A stretch of DNA of 63,715 nt, counting the filler, from Candidatus Desantisbacteria bacterium CG1_02_49_89 (GTDB lineage Bacteria > Desantisbacteria > UBA1551): the NCBI GenBank assembly GCA_001871075.1. It is 5 parts of 5 records of this genome, joined end to end, with 100 filler letters (N's around TTAATTAATTAA, not from the genome) between each part and the next. Parts side by side here need not be neighbours in the genome. Positions count along the whole stretch, not along the records: positions 13,083 to 42,371 come from MNUP01000053.1; positions 42,472 to 49,754 come from MNUP01000098.1; 3 more parts are not named here. One strand, written 5' to 3'. Shown here one piece after another: positions 38,448 to 47,391 of this stretch (position 1 is the stretch's first letter; each line of letters starts with the position of its first letter). The notes beneath the pieces are model-generated. The model ran no database searches and was not told the origin of the DNA. It was given only the letters and a program-made list of their open reading frames with translations. The translations under genes and the position numbers were made by a program.

Positions 38448-40388
38448 ATGAAGGCAGAAGCAAAGTGGAGCCCGCAGGTCCTGCGCCTTTCCTTCTCGTA
38501 TAACGGCGTGGATTCCGAGAAATTCATTTCAAGATGGAAAAGGACGGAAATCTCAGAAGATATAAAGGAGGCAAAGGTAAGGCACCTTACCTACACAGAC
38601 CCCGTTACCCAGTTGCGCCTGCTTGTGCACCTCAAGGATTACAAAGAGTTCAACGCCTATGGCTGGTACGCCGAATTTGAGAACAGGGGCACAATAGATA
38701 CCCCCATCATAGAGAATATACTGCCGCTTGACCTTACCCTCTCGATCGAGGACAAAGAAAGGGTTTTCCTGCACCACGCTAAAGGCAGCCTGTGCCGCAT
38801 GGATGATTTCCTTCCGATAACCACAGAGATAGGCACGGTAACTGACGGGTTCCACAACACGGTGGACAGGATCACGCTCAATGCCGTGGGCGGAAGGTCT
38901 TCGAACGGCACACTGCCGTTCATGAACTTACAGTCAGGCGAAGGCGGGCTTGTGATCTGCGTCGGCTGGTCAGGCCAGTGGATGGCTGATTTCAAGCGCA
39001 AGGACAGCGCCCTGCGCATACGCGCCGGCATGGAAAATACCCACCTTTTGCTCCACTCAAAGGAAAAAATAAGGACCCCGCGCATCCTTTTACTGAGCTG
39101 GGATGGGAACGACCCGATCGCAGGCAATAACCTGCTCAGAAGGATGATCCTTGAGTATTACGCGCCGCGCCTTAAGGGCGAGCCGGTGATACCGCCTGTG
39201 GCTTTCAACACGATGTACGCCTATTACCAGAAAAAAGAGGTCAGCCAGGAATACGAGCTGAAGGCCATTGAAAGGTCCGGTGAGCTTGGCATCGAGGCGT
39301 ACTGGCTGGACGCGTGCTGGTACGGCGAGGGCAAGGAATGGTGGCAGGAGGCGGGCAACTGGTTCGTCAACAAGGACAGGTTCCCGTCAGGCCTTAAACC
39401 GATCGGGGAAGCTGCAAAGAAGAAGGGCCTGAAATTCGTTCTGTGGTTTGAGCCTGAAAGGGTAAGAAAGGGTTCTGACATAGAGGGCGACCATCCGGAA
39501 TATATGCTCAGGACAACCCTTGACCCGGACACCATGCTTTTCAACCTCGGCATGCCGGAAGCGCGGGCGTTCATAACTGACAGGATCTCAAAGATCATAA
39601 GCGAGTCAGGGGTCACCATTTACAGGCAGGATTTCAACATGGACCCCCTTCCGTACTGGAGGCAGGCTGACCCGGATGACAGGGTTGGAATGTCTGAGAT
39701 ACGCCACATTGAAGGGCTTTACGCGATGTGGGATGAGCTTTTAAAGCGCCATCCCGGGCTTGCAATTGACAACTGCTCAAGCGGCGGCAGGAGGATAGAC
39801 CTGGAGACAGTAAGCAGGTCTTTCCCGCTCTGGCGAAGCGATTTCTCGGACGTGCCCGGGCTGTCCTACGGCGTCGCGATAAGCGTAGGCGACCAAAGCC
39901 AGAACTCGGGTCTTTCCCGCTGGATACCGTTCCACACAGGCGCTGCCTGGAAGTTCAAGCCGTATGAATTCCGCTCAACGATGTCAAGCGGCGTTGTTTT
40001 CTACTACGACATACGCGAAAAGGATTTTCCCGTTGAAGACGCTAAGCGCGCGATAGAGGAGCTCAAGAGTTTGAGGTATTTTTTCCTGGGCGATTTTTAC
40101 CCGCTTCACCCTCTGACCGTTTCTTACAGCGACTGGTGCGCATTCCAGTTCCACAGGCCTGACCTGGACAGCGGGTTCGCGGTTTTCCTCAGAAGGCACG
40201 AAAGCCCGTTCGTGAGCATGGAAATAGGGCTAAAGGCGATCGACCCGGGTGCGGAATACGAGATAAGCGTTGCTTCCGGCTTTGAAACGCCGCCCGCGAA
40301 AAGAGCGAGCGGCAGGGAACTGAAGAAAATAAATATTATGATACCCGAAATGCCGGGCTCGGCGCTGCTGCGCTACAAAAAAATATAA
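38448..40388 (+). CDS. Alpha-galactosidase (GH36-like)
   Basis: YWLDACWY, RFPSGLKP, LWFEPERV, YRQDFN, IDNCSSGGRR.D. Confidence 0.88.
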   Translation: MKAEAKWSPQVLRLSFSYNGVDSEKFISRWKRTEISEDIKEAKVRHLTYTDPVTQLRLLVHLKDYKEFNAYGWYAEFENRGTIDTPIIENILPLDLTLSIEDKERVFLHHAKGSLCRMDDFLPITTEIGTVTDGFHNTVDRITLNAVGGRSSNGTLPFMNLQSGEGGLVICVGWSGQWMADFKRKDSALRIRAGMENTHLLLHSKEKIRTPRILLLSWDGNDPIAGNNLLRRMILEYYAPRLKGEPVIPPVAFNTMYAYYQKKEVSQEYELKAIERSGELGIEAYWLDACWYGEGKEWWQEAGNWFVNKDRFPSGLKPIGEAAKKKGLKFVLWFEPERVRKGSDIEGDHPEYMLRTTLDPDTMLFNLGMPEARAFITDRISKIISESGVTIYRQDFNMDPLPYWRQADPDDRVGMSEIRHIEGLYAMWDELLKRHPGLAIDNCSSGGRRIDLETVSRSFPLWRSDFSDVPGLSYGVAISVGDQSQNSGLSRWIPFHTGAAWKFKPYEFRSTMSSGVVFYYDIREKDFPVEDAKRAIEELKSLRYFFLGDFYPLHPLTVSYSDWCAFQFHRPDLDSGFAVFLRRHESPFVSMEIGLKAIDPGAEYEISVASGFETPPAKRASGRELKKINIMIPEMPGSALLRYKKI

Positions 40389-40680
40389 AACTTTCCCCCT
40401 GTAGCTGCTGCGCAGCTCAACGCAGGGACCTTCGGGTCAGAGCCGAGTCGATGACCCTACGGCACGAAAACACTCCGCCCGTCTTTCAGCGGGCGAGACT
40501 TCGCCCACCTATAAGGATGGGCGAGGAAACTACGAAAACACGAAATTAACCACACGATTGTCCCAAGGGGACCTCTTTAAGGTTTATGAGAGAAAAATCG
40601 GGTAAAAAAACAGAGATTTGTTACGGCAGTATCCGCATGCATCCGCATTATTTAATCCGTTTGCATCCGAAAAAGGAGGA

Positions 40681-42090
40681 ATGATGAAAAAGGCGTGTCT
40701 GGGAGTGATCATCGGCAACAGGGGCCTGTTCCCCGGATATCTTTCCGAACAGGGAAGGAAGGAGATACTTGGGGTCCTGAAAAAGCAGGGGATCGATACT
40801 GTTATAATCCCCGAGAACCAGGCGAAATACGGGGCTATTGAGAACCTGAAGGAGGCGAGAAGGTGCGCGGACCTCTTCGGCAGGAACCGCGGCAAAATAG
40901 ATGGGATACTCATAGCGCTTCCGAATTTCGGGGATGAAAGGGCTGCGGCGGAGGCAATAAGGCTTTCCGGCCTTAACGTGCCGGTGCTTGTGCAGGCGTA
41001 TCCGGATGAACTCAGCAAGATGGACGTGAAGCACAGGCGGGACAGCCTTTGCGGGAAATTTTCGGTCTGCAATAACCTGAACCAGTACGGCATCCCGTTC
41101 TCGCTTACAAAGCTGCATACCGTGGATCCGTCTTCAAAGGATTTCGGAGCTGACCTGGACTGGTTCGCGGGAGTGTGCCGCGTGGTCAAGGGCATGCGAA
41201 GCGCGAGGGTCGGCGCGATAGGCGCAAGGACCACCCCGTTCAAAACCGTGCGTTTCGACGAGAAACTGCTTGAGGGAAACGGCATATCCGTGGAAACGAT
41301 AGACCTGCTTGACATAATTGTCCGCATCGGGAAAATGAAAGAAACGGACAAGGGCGTGCAGGCTGAGATCAGGGCGATGAGGGGCTACTGCCCTTCCTCG
41401 CAGATCCCCAAAGAAGCAATGCTTAAAATAGCAAAACTCAGCGCGGCTGTAAAAAAATGGATAGCCGAGAACGAGCTTGACGCGTGTTCCATACGCTGCT
41501 GGCCTGAGCTGCAGGATTACCTGGGCGTGTTCCCCTGCTCTGTTATGAGCGCGCTTACAAATTCCCTGCTGCCCACAGCCTGCGAGGTGGACGTGATGGG
41601 AGCCCTTGCCATGTACGCGCTGCAGCTTGCCAGCGGGATCCCTTCCGGGATCTTTGACTGGAACAACAATTACGGGGATGACCCGGACAAGCTCGTGCTC
41701 TTCCACTGTTCGAACGCCCCGAAATCAATGCTTGCCGACCCCTGCCTCAGCTATAACGCGATACACGCGAACGTGCGCGGCGACACCGAATGCTCGTTCG
41801 GCACCTGCGTTGGCAGGGTAAAGCCCGGGCCAATGACTTACGCGCGCATTTCCGACACGCCAGGATGCCTTAGTGCCTGTATCGGAGAGGGAGAGTTCAC
41901 GGATGACAAGCTCGATACGTTCGGCGGAGTGGGCGTGGCGAAAATAAAAAATATGCAGGAGCTCCTGCGGTTCCTGTGCAATAACGGGTTCGAACACCAC
42001 GTCGCGATGAGCAAGTCGCAGGTCGCGGGCGTGCTTGACGAGGCGTTGTATAATTATATGGGCTGGGAAGTGTATTACCATAATAAATAA
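40681..42090 (+). CDS. L-fucose/L-arabinose isomerase family protein
   Basis: NFGDE, RRDSLCGK.S, CEVDV.GA, FHCSN, GFEHHVAM; start after AGGAGG. Confidence 0.9.
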   Translation: MMKKACLGVIIGNRGLFPGYLSEQGRKEILGVLKKQGIDTVIIPENQAKYGAIENLKEARRCADLFGRNRGKIDGILIALPNFGDERAAAEAIRLSGLNVPVLVQAYPDELSKMDVKHRRDSLCGKFSVCNNLNQYGIPFSLTKLHTVDPSSKDFGADLDWFAGVCRVVKGMRSARVGAIGARTTPFKTVRFDEKLLEGNGISVETIDLLDIIVRIGKMKETDKGVQAEIRAMRGYCPSSQIPKEAMLKIAKLSAAVKKWIAENELDACSIRCWPELQDYLGVFPCSVMSALTNSLLPTACEVDVMGALAMYALQLASGIPSGIFDWNNNYGDDPDKLVLFHCSNAPKSMLADPCLSYNAIHANVRGDTECSFGTCVGRVKPGPMTYARISDTPGCLSACIGEGEFTDDKLDTFGGVGVAKIKNMQELLRFLCNNGFEHHVAMSKSQVAGVLDEALYNYMGWEVYYHNK

Positions 42091-42169
42091 CAACAGATCC
42101 TAGATCCTGGATGCTAGATCCTGGATCGAGGATTTATTTAAATAAATTCCTTCATCCAGGATCCAGTAT

Positions 42170-42339
42170 CTAGTGTGGTGTCTCTAACAGATCTTTACAT
42201 TTGGGCTGTCATTGCGAGGAGTGTTAACGACGAAGCAATCTCGACCTAAAAATCGAGATTGCCACGCTCCCTTTGGTCGCTCGCAATGACAACTCAAAGC
42301 AGAATCAAATGTCAAGGGATTTATGCGACACCATACTAG
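42170..42339. mobile_element. MITE-like element with CTAG at both ends and terminal inverted repeats, carrying a TGTCATTGCGA palindrome
   Basis: ctagtgtggtgtc ... gacaccatactag; sits in the right arm of a GATCCTG/CAGGATC heptamer element starting at 42095. Confidence 0.65.
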
Positions 42340-42371
42340 AGCCTGGCAACTAATTCATATACCGAGGGGAA

Positions 42372-42471
42372 NNNNNNNNNNNNNNNNNNNNNNNNNNNNN
42401 NNNNNNNNNNNNNNNTTAATTAATTAANNNNNNNNNNNNNNNNNNNNNNNNNNNNNNNNNNNNNNNNNNNN
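42372..42471. other. Assembly gap with artificial linker
   Basis: N run with TTAATTAATTAA. Confidence 0.97.
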
Positions 42472-43347
42472 AACTACGCGCAGGTCGCCGAAGTAAGCCA
42501 ATGCTCAACCTCCTACACGGACAACGCCATTACAACAGACCTGATATACTACTGGACCGTGATGGCCAAGAATTCCTGGGATATGCTGAGCCTGATAAGC
42601 GAGGAAGTTGACAACAAAGGAAACCTGGTAATAATGTTGCCCGGTGAAACCCAGACTTACGTGATGCTTCCCAGGAATACGGTAATGCTGCTTGATTCGG
42701 CAGATTCAAAAGCAATAGGCATAACAGCGACGCGAACGGGTATCCTGCCGCCGACAGCCGGAGGCCTGGGCGCCATAGTAGGCATATTTGACTTTATACC
42801 CTACAGGATCTCTGACGGGGCACAGGTCGGGTTCAACGCTTCTCCCGAAACGCTTGTTATAGCCCTGCATTACGCGGCGCCGGGCGGACTTCTGGAGAAC
42901 ACAGGTATTTCTCTTGCTGACGCGGCAAAATACATAAGCATCGCTTACTGGAACGGGATACAGTGGACCAGGATCAACGGGACTGTAGACGCGGCAAACC
43001 AGAACATAACCGCCATTGTCACACACCTGAGCAGGTTCGCGATAACTGCAACGGATGTTACCTCGTTCAGGGTGCTGGCGGCTGAACCCAACCCGTTCAC
43101 TCCGCTCAACCCCCCGTATGATAAAGTAACGGTCTCCTTCGCTAATCCTAACAAATACGAGGTTATTTTCAGCATTTACGACCTTACCGGCACCCTGTTC
43201 TTCACGAAAACATATACGGCGGGCGAAATAAAGATCGAGTGGGACGGCAAAGACAGGAACGGGAATGTCGGCGAGGACGGCATTTACATTTACCAGTTGC
43301 AGTGCGGCACGCAGTCCTATACCGGCACGATGATCCTGGCCAAATAA
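42472..43347 (+). CDS. 5'-truncated secreted protein with Fn3-like remnant and C-terminal FlgD-Ig / T9SS-CTD-like sorting domain
   Basis: Frame open to the gap (SYTD..YYWTV); VTHLSRFAI; PNPFTP..IYDLTG..WDGKD..G..GIYIY.L..G.MILAK. Confidence 0.82.
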   Translation, partial: NYAQVAEVSQCSTSYTDNAITTDLIYYWTVMAKNSWDMLSLISEEVDNKGNLVIMLPGETQTYVMLPRNTVMLLDSADSKAIGITATRTGILPPTAGGLGAIVGIFDFIPYRISDGAQVGFNASPETLVIALHYAAPGGLLENTGISLADAAKYISIAYWNGIQWTRINGTVDAANQNITAIVTHLSRFAITATDVTSFRVLAAEPNPFTPLNPPYDKVTVSFANPNKYEVIFSIYDLTGTLFFTKTYTAGEIKIEWDGKDRNGNVGEDGIYIYQLQCGTQSYTGTMILAK

Positions 43348-43408
43348 CGTGTTACGTGTTACGTGTTACGGGAAATACGGGATATAAAGATCAAGAAAAA
43401 GAGGGATA

Positions 43409-44389
43409 ATGTTCAATAAATATCTCAACAAAATATTCGTGGGCATCTTTATTCTTGCGTTACACGTGACACCTTACACGTTACACGTCTGTTATGCGTC
43501 ATATGAGGACATCGGCTGCGGCGCAAGGCCCCTGGGCATCGGGAACGCGTTCTGCGCCATAGCTGACGACGCCAATGCATTCCTGTATAACCCCGCCGGG
43601 CTTCCGCAGCTTAAAAAACTGCAGGTGAGCGCAATGTACGCCAATCTTTATCCGCTATTAAGCGACAGGTCCATAATCAGCAACAATTATCTTGCGGTAG
43701 CATACCCGATGAAACAGGCGGCTATAGGGGTGGCGTGGTTCAGCCTCGGCGCGGTTTCCGACCCGGAAAGATCAAAAGCGCAATACCAGGAAAATACGTA
43801 CCTGCTGACCTACGCAAGGCAGATGGAACGCTTCTACATAGGGTTCTCGGCCAGGTTCCACTCGAAAGAATACGGCGTGAACGACTGGACAGCCGTAAAC
43901 CCCGTGTTCACAAGGAAGAAAACCGCGTTCGGCGTGGGCATTGACGCCGCGATGCTTTACAGGACCGAGGACAACCTGTTCAAGTTCGGCCTGCTGGTCG
44001 CCGACATAAACCAGCCTGACCTCGGCATAGCGTCCCCAAGCCCGGTCCCGATGTCTGCCAGGGCTGGTATCGCCTATGAATTCGAGCCGGTCTGGGTTTT
44101 CAACGACCTGACAGGCGCGGTGGATGTTACCTACCGGGATAATGACGTAAAAGCCCAGGGCGGCATAGAAGGATGGTTCATTGAAAGGACTGTAGCGGTC
44201 AGGATAGGGGGCGGGTTCGGCAGCAATTCCTACGGATTAATATCAATGGGGGCAAGCTACCAGCTTACCGAGGAACAATACAATAATGATTTCAGGATCG
44301 ATTACGCCTTCTCCTGCCCGTTAGGAGGCCTGCAGCCGACAGGCGGGACGCACAGGATATCGCTCACAATGGGATTTGATGTGAAATAA
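43409..44389 (+). CDS. PorV/PorP-SprF-like (UPF0164) outer-membrane beta-barrel
   Basis: Signal peptide; GARPLGIGNAFCAIADDANAFLYNPAGL; C-terminal IDYAF..THRISL..GF. Confidence 0.82.
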   Translation: MFNKYLNKIFVGIFILALHVTPYTLHVCYASYEDIGCGARPLGIGNAFCAIADDANAFLYNPAGLPQLKKLQVSAMYANLYPLLSDRSIISNNYLAVAYPMKQAAIGVAWFSLGAVSDPERSKAQYQENTYLLTYARQMERFYIGFSARFHSKEYGVNDWTAVNPVFTRKKTAFGVGIDAAMLYRTEDNLFKFGLLVADINQPDLGIASPSPVPMSARAGIAYEFEPVWVFNDLTGAVDVTYRDNDVKAQGGIEGWFIERTVAVRIGGGFGSNSYGLISMGASYQLTEEQYNNDFRIDYAFSCPLGGLQPTGGTHRISLTMGFDVK

Positions 44390-44604
44390 CTTGTAGCTCA
44401 TGGCTCATGGCTTTTTGGCTTAAAAAACAAAATTAAGAGCTCAAAATTAAGTTCAGTATTATCAATAAATCTTGAAGCATTAACTTTTACATTTTGCATT
44501 TTAACTTTTGACTTGTATCTATTTCCCGGATCCTTCACTTTTGCATTTTACACTTTGCACTTTGCATTTTGACTTGTATTTTGTAACCAACATAGGAGTA
44601 TTGC

Positions 44605-45774
44605 ATGGCTGAACCTATTCTATCCAAATTTAAACTGCCTCCGACTAAACTTTCAAGGCCTATAATAATAATTATTATATGCGTGGCTGTTGCTGTTTTT
44701 GGCTTTATTTTCATCAGGAACGTGAGCCGGCTCGCGTCAAACAAGATCACGCAGCAGATGAAATACAGCGAAACAAACAAAGGCATCCAGATGCCTGACG
44801 TCCCGGGGTACCAGAAACTGGCGATAGAAAAAGAAATGGAAAGAAGGGTCCAGAATATAATGGACGAGATCGTCGGGCCCCAGAAATCCATCGTCAGGGT
44901 GACAGTTGACCTCACGCCTATGATCCAGGACAAGGAAGAGGTCCACACCCCAAGGCCCATATCTACTACGAAAGAGGAAAAATACACGGTTTCCTCCGAA
45001 AGAGGAACTGAAGACAAAGCCGCGGAGGAACCTGCGGGAACCGCTGCCAAGAAAGAAAACCTGCCGGGAGTCTTTGATGACGTGGAAGACCAGATAAGAG
45101 CAAGGGGCGGGGAGGAATATTTTCTGTATCCGGGTTATCCGTCCGTGGGGGACCTTGAAGCAAAACCCATGGGCCGCGCTCCGATGGGAAGTAACCAGGA
45201 AAAATCAGGAACGAAATCAGTAAGAGAAGCGTCATCCACCGACTATGCCCTGGATAAGAAAATAACGGAAAGGACCACGCCGGCGGGAACAATAGACAGG
45301 ATAAGCGTGCTGGCGCTTGTTGACGTGAACTGGATCAAGACCTTCACCGGAAGGACGATCCAGAGGAAAAGGTCAGAAAAGGAATTAGACCAGATAAAAA
45401 CACTGATAACAGACGCGATCGGGTTCAGCGAGGACAGGGGGGACACGATAATAATGCAGAACGTCGCCTTCCTGGGAGCAAGGCCCAAGGTCGAAATGAT
45501 GGAAAGGATCACGACCGGGATAACCGTCCTGATACTGCTGCCGCTTATTTATTTTATCGTGAAAACAACGCTCACATTCCTGAAGCGCAGGGCTGAAATA
45601 AGGCAGGAAATGATCGAGAAAATGCAACAGGAAGAAGAAGCGGAGAAAGAAAGGAAAATAAAGGAAGAAAAGGAACTGAGGGAAAGGATACAGATGCACC
45701 AGGAGCAGGTGTTCACCATCGGCAGGACGCATCCCGACATTTGCGCGCGTATTATTCGAAACTGGCTTACTTAA
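44605..45774 (+). CDS. fliF: Short FliF-like MS-ring protein (TM1-RBM3/beta-collar-TM2-FliG-binding tail; RBM1/2 absent)
   Basis: EKEMERRVQNIMDEIVG..SIVRVTVDL; TDYALDK..PAGTIDRISVLALVD; ELDQIKTLI.DAIGFSEDRGDTI..NVAF; PDICARIIRNWL. Confidence 0.82.
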   Translation: MAEPILSKFKLPPTKLSRPIIIIIICVAVAVFGFIFIRNVSRLASNKITQQMKYSETNKGIQMPDVPGYQKLAIEKEMERRVQNIMDEIVGPQKSIVRVTVDLTPMIQDKEEVHTPRPISTTKEEKYTVSSERGTEDKAAEEPAGTAAKKENLPGVFDDVEDQIRARGGEEYFLYPGYPSVGDLEAKPMGRAPMGSNQEKSGTKSVREASSTDYALDKKITERTTPAGTIDRISVLALVDVNWIKTFTGRTIQRKRSEKELDQIKTLITDAIGFSEDRGDTIIMQNVAFLGARPKVEMMERITTGITVLILLPLIYFIVKTTLTFLKRRAEIRQEMIEKMQQEEEAEKERKIKEEKELRERIQMHQEQVFTIGRTHPDICARIIRNWLT

Positions 45775-45779
45775 AAAAC

Positions 45780-45877
45780 AATTATGAGTTATGAATGATG
45801 AATTATGAATTAAAGGCATGGAATTTTATCTAAATTTAACTTCCTTGCAGTTGATTCATAACTCATAATTCATAATT
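45780..45877. repeat. ATTATGA/TCATAAT heptamer-armed element, copy 4
   Basis: Same arms and core as other copies. Confidence 0.88.
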
Positions 45878-45910
45878 TTATTTGTATTTAAAAGGAAGGA
45901 GCAAAAGCAA

Positions 45911-46168
45911 ATGACTGGATTTACATTACTTATATTAGTATCTATTGGAGCAATAGCCGGGATCACTTATCTGGTCATAAGAATGAACGCGTCTTCCTCT
46001 GAAAAAAAGGCGGTGCGCGCCGCCGAAAAGAGAAAGACTGACACCGAGGAAAGGGAAAAGCAGGAAAAAATGCGCATTGAAATGCAGATGCACCAGGAAG
46101 AAGCGCTCGCGATGGCGAAGAACAATCCTGAGCTGGTCGCGCGGGTAGTGCGCAACTGGCTTACTTGA
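45911..46168 (+). CDS. Mini-FliF: single TM + coiled coil + FliG-binding tail
   Basis: AGGAG RBS; QMHQE..NPELVARVVRNWLT is paralogous to the FliF tail QMHQE..HPDICARIIRNWLT. Confidence 0.8.
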   Translation: MTGFTLLILVSIGAIAGITYLVIRMNASSSEKKAVRAAEKRKTDTEEREKQEKMRIEMQMHQEEALAMAKNNPELVARVVRNWLT

Positions 46169-46177
46169 AAAATATAT

Positions 46178-46274
46178 TTATGAGTTATGAATGATGAATT
46201 ATGAATTAACCGCAAGGATGTTTATTTAAATAGAAATTCCTTCACTCATAACTCATAATTCATAACTCATAATT
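46178..46274. repeat. ATTATGA/TCATAAT heptamer-armed element, copy 5
   Basis: Left arm near-identical to copy 4. Confidence 0.88.
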
Positions 46275-46291
46275 AAGGAGAGGGAGGAACA

Positions 46292-47296
46292 ATGGCGGAA
46301 GAACAGGAAGTTAAAACTTTGACGGCGGAAACGCTGTCGGGAGGCCAGAAAGCGGCGATACTTCTTATAGCGCTTGGGCCTGAAATATCCACGGAAGTCT
46401 ATAAGCACATGGGCGAGGCGCAGATACGCCAGCTCACAAGGGAAATAGCGGGGCTCAGGCAGGTCACCAAGGATATAAGGGAAGCGGTATTCGAGGAATT
46501 CTACCAGAAAGCCATGGGCCTTGACTACATAAAGGGAAGCTCTGAGGACGCGCTGGACTTCCTCAAACGGACCTTCGGGGACGAGAAAGCCGCCGAGTTC
46601 ATGGAAGAGGTAAAAACAGCCGAGGATGGCGGCCCGGGGCTTTTTGATTTCCTGAAAAACCTCGGAACTGATTTCCTTTACGAAGAACACCCGCAGGTCG
46701 CGGCCCTGGTGTTGTCGCACATGACACCCGAATGGGTCTCCTCAATAGTCTCAGCCGCGCCGCCGGCGTTCCAGGCAGACGTGCCCGAAAGAATGGCGAC
46801 GATGGGCGAGGTAATGCCTGATGTGATAAAGGAAATAAGGGACCTGCTGCGCAAAAAGATGTCTTCCGCGACAAAAAAGGAAGCTACGTCCAAGAACAGG
46901 CTCAGTTTCCTCGCGAAGATGGTGGAAGGCGACGGCGGTGACAGGGTCCTGGAAGGCTTAAGGCAAAAAGACCCGAAGCTTGCGGAAGAAGTAAGGGGGC
47001 TGGTATTCCTTTTTGAGGACGTGGTTACCATTGAAGATGAATCTCTGCAGCTCGCGCTGGGAAAAGTGGGGGTAGAGGACCTTGTTATGGCGCTCAAGGG
47101 CGCGACGAAGGAAATAAAGGACAAGATATTCAAGAACGTCTCCGGAAGGCTGCGTTCCATACTGAACGAAGAGCTCGAATACAAGAAGGAATCCCGCAAG
47201 GCGGATGTGGACAAGGCGCAGCGGAAGCTCGTCAACATACTGCGCGAGCTGGACAAGTCCGGAGATATCATACTTAAAAAAACAGAAACAGTCTGA
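46292..47296 (+). CDS. fliG: Flagellar motor switch/rotor protein FliG
   Basis: LSGGQKAAILLIALG, EHPQ, PKLAEEVR..VFLFEDV, LVMALKGA, NVSGR..ILNEELE torque helix, VDKAQR. Confidence 0.92.
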   Translation: MAEEQEVKTLTAETLSGGQKAAILLIALGPEISTEVYKHMGEAQIRQLTREIAGLRQVTKDIREAVFEEFYQKAMGLDYIKGSSEDALDFLKRTFGDEKAAEFMEEVKTAEDGGPGLFDFLKNLGTDFLYEEHPQVAALVLSHMTPEWVSSIVSAAPPAFQADVPERMATMGEVMPDVIKEIRDLLRKKMSSATKKEATSKNRLSFLAKMVEGDGGDRVLEGLRQKDPKLAEEVRGLVFLFEDVVTIEDESLQLALGKVGVEDLVMALKGATKEIKDKIFKNVSGRLRSILNEELEYKKESRKADVDKAQRKLVNILRELDKSGDIILKKTETV

Positions 47297-47391
47297 TAAT
47301 AGTAACAAGTAACAAGTGTCAAGTATCAAGTTTGAAACTGGCCACTGGAAACTGGCCACTGGAAACTGTAGTTCAAGGAAGGAGTGAAGCC

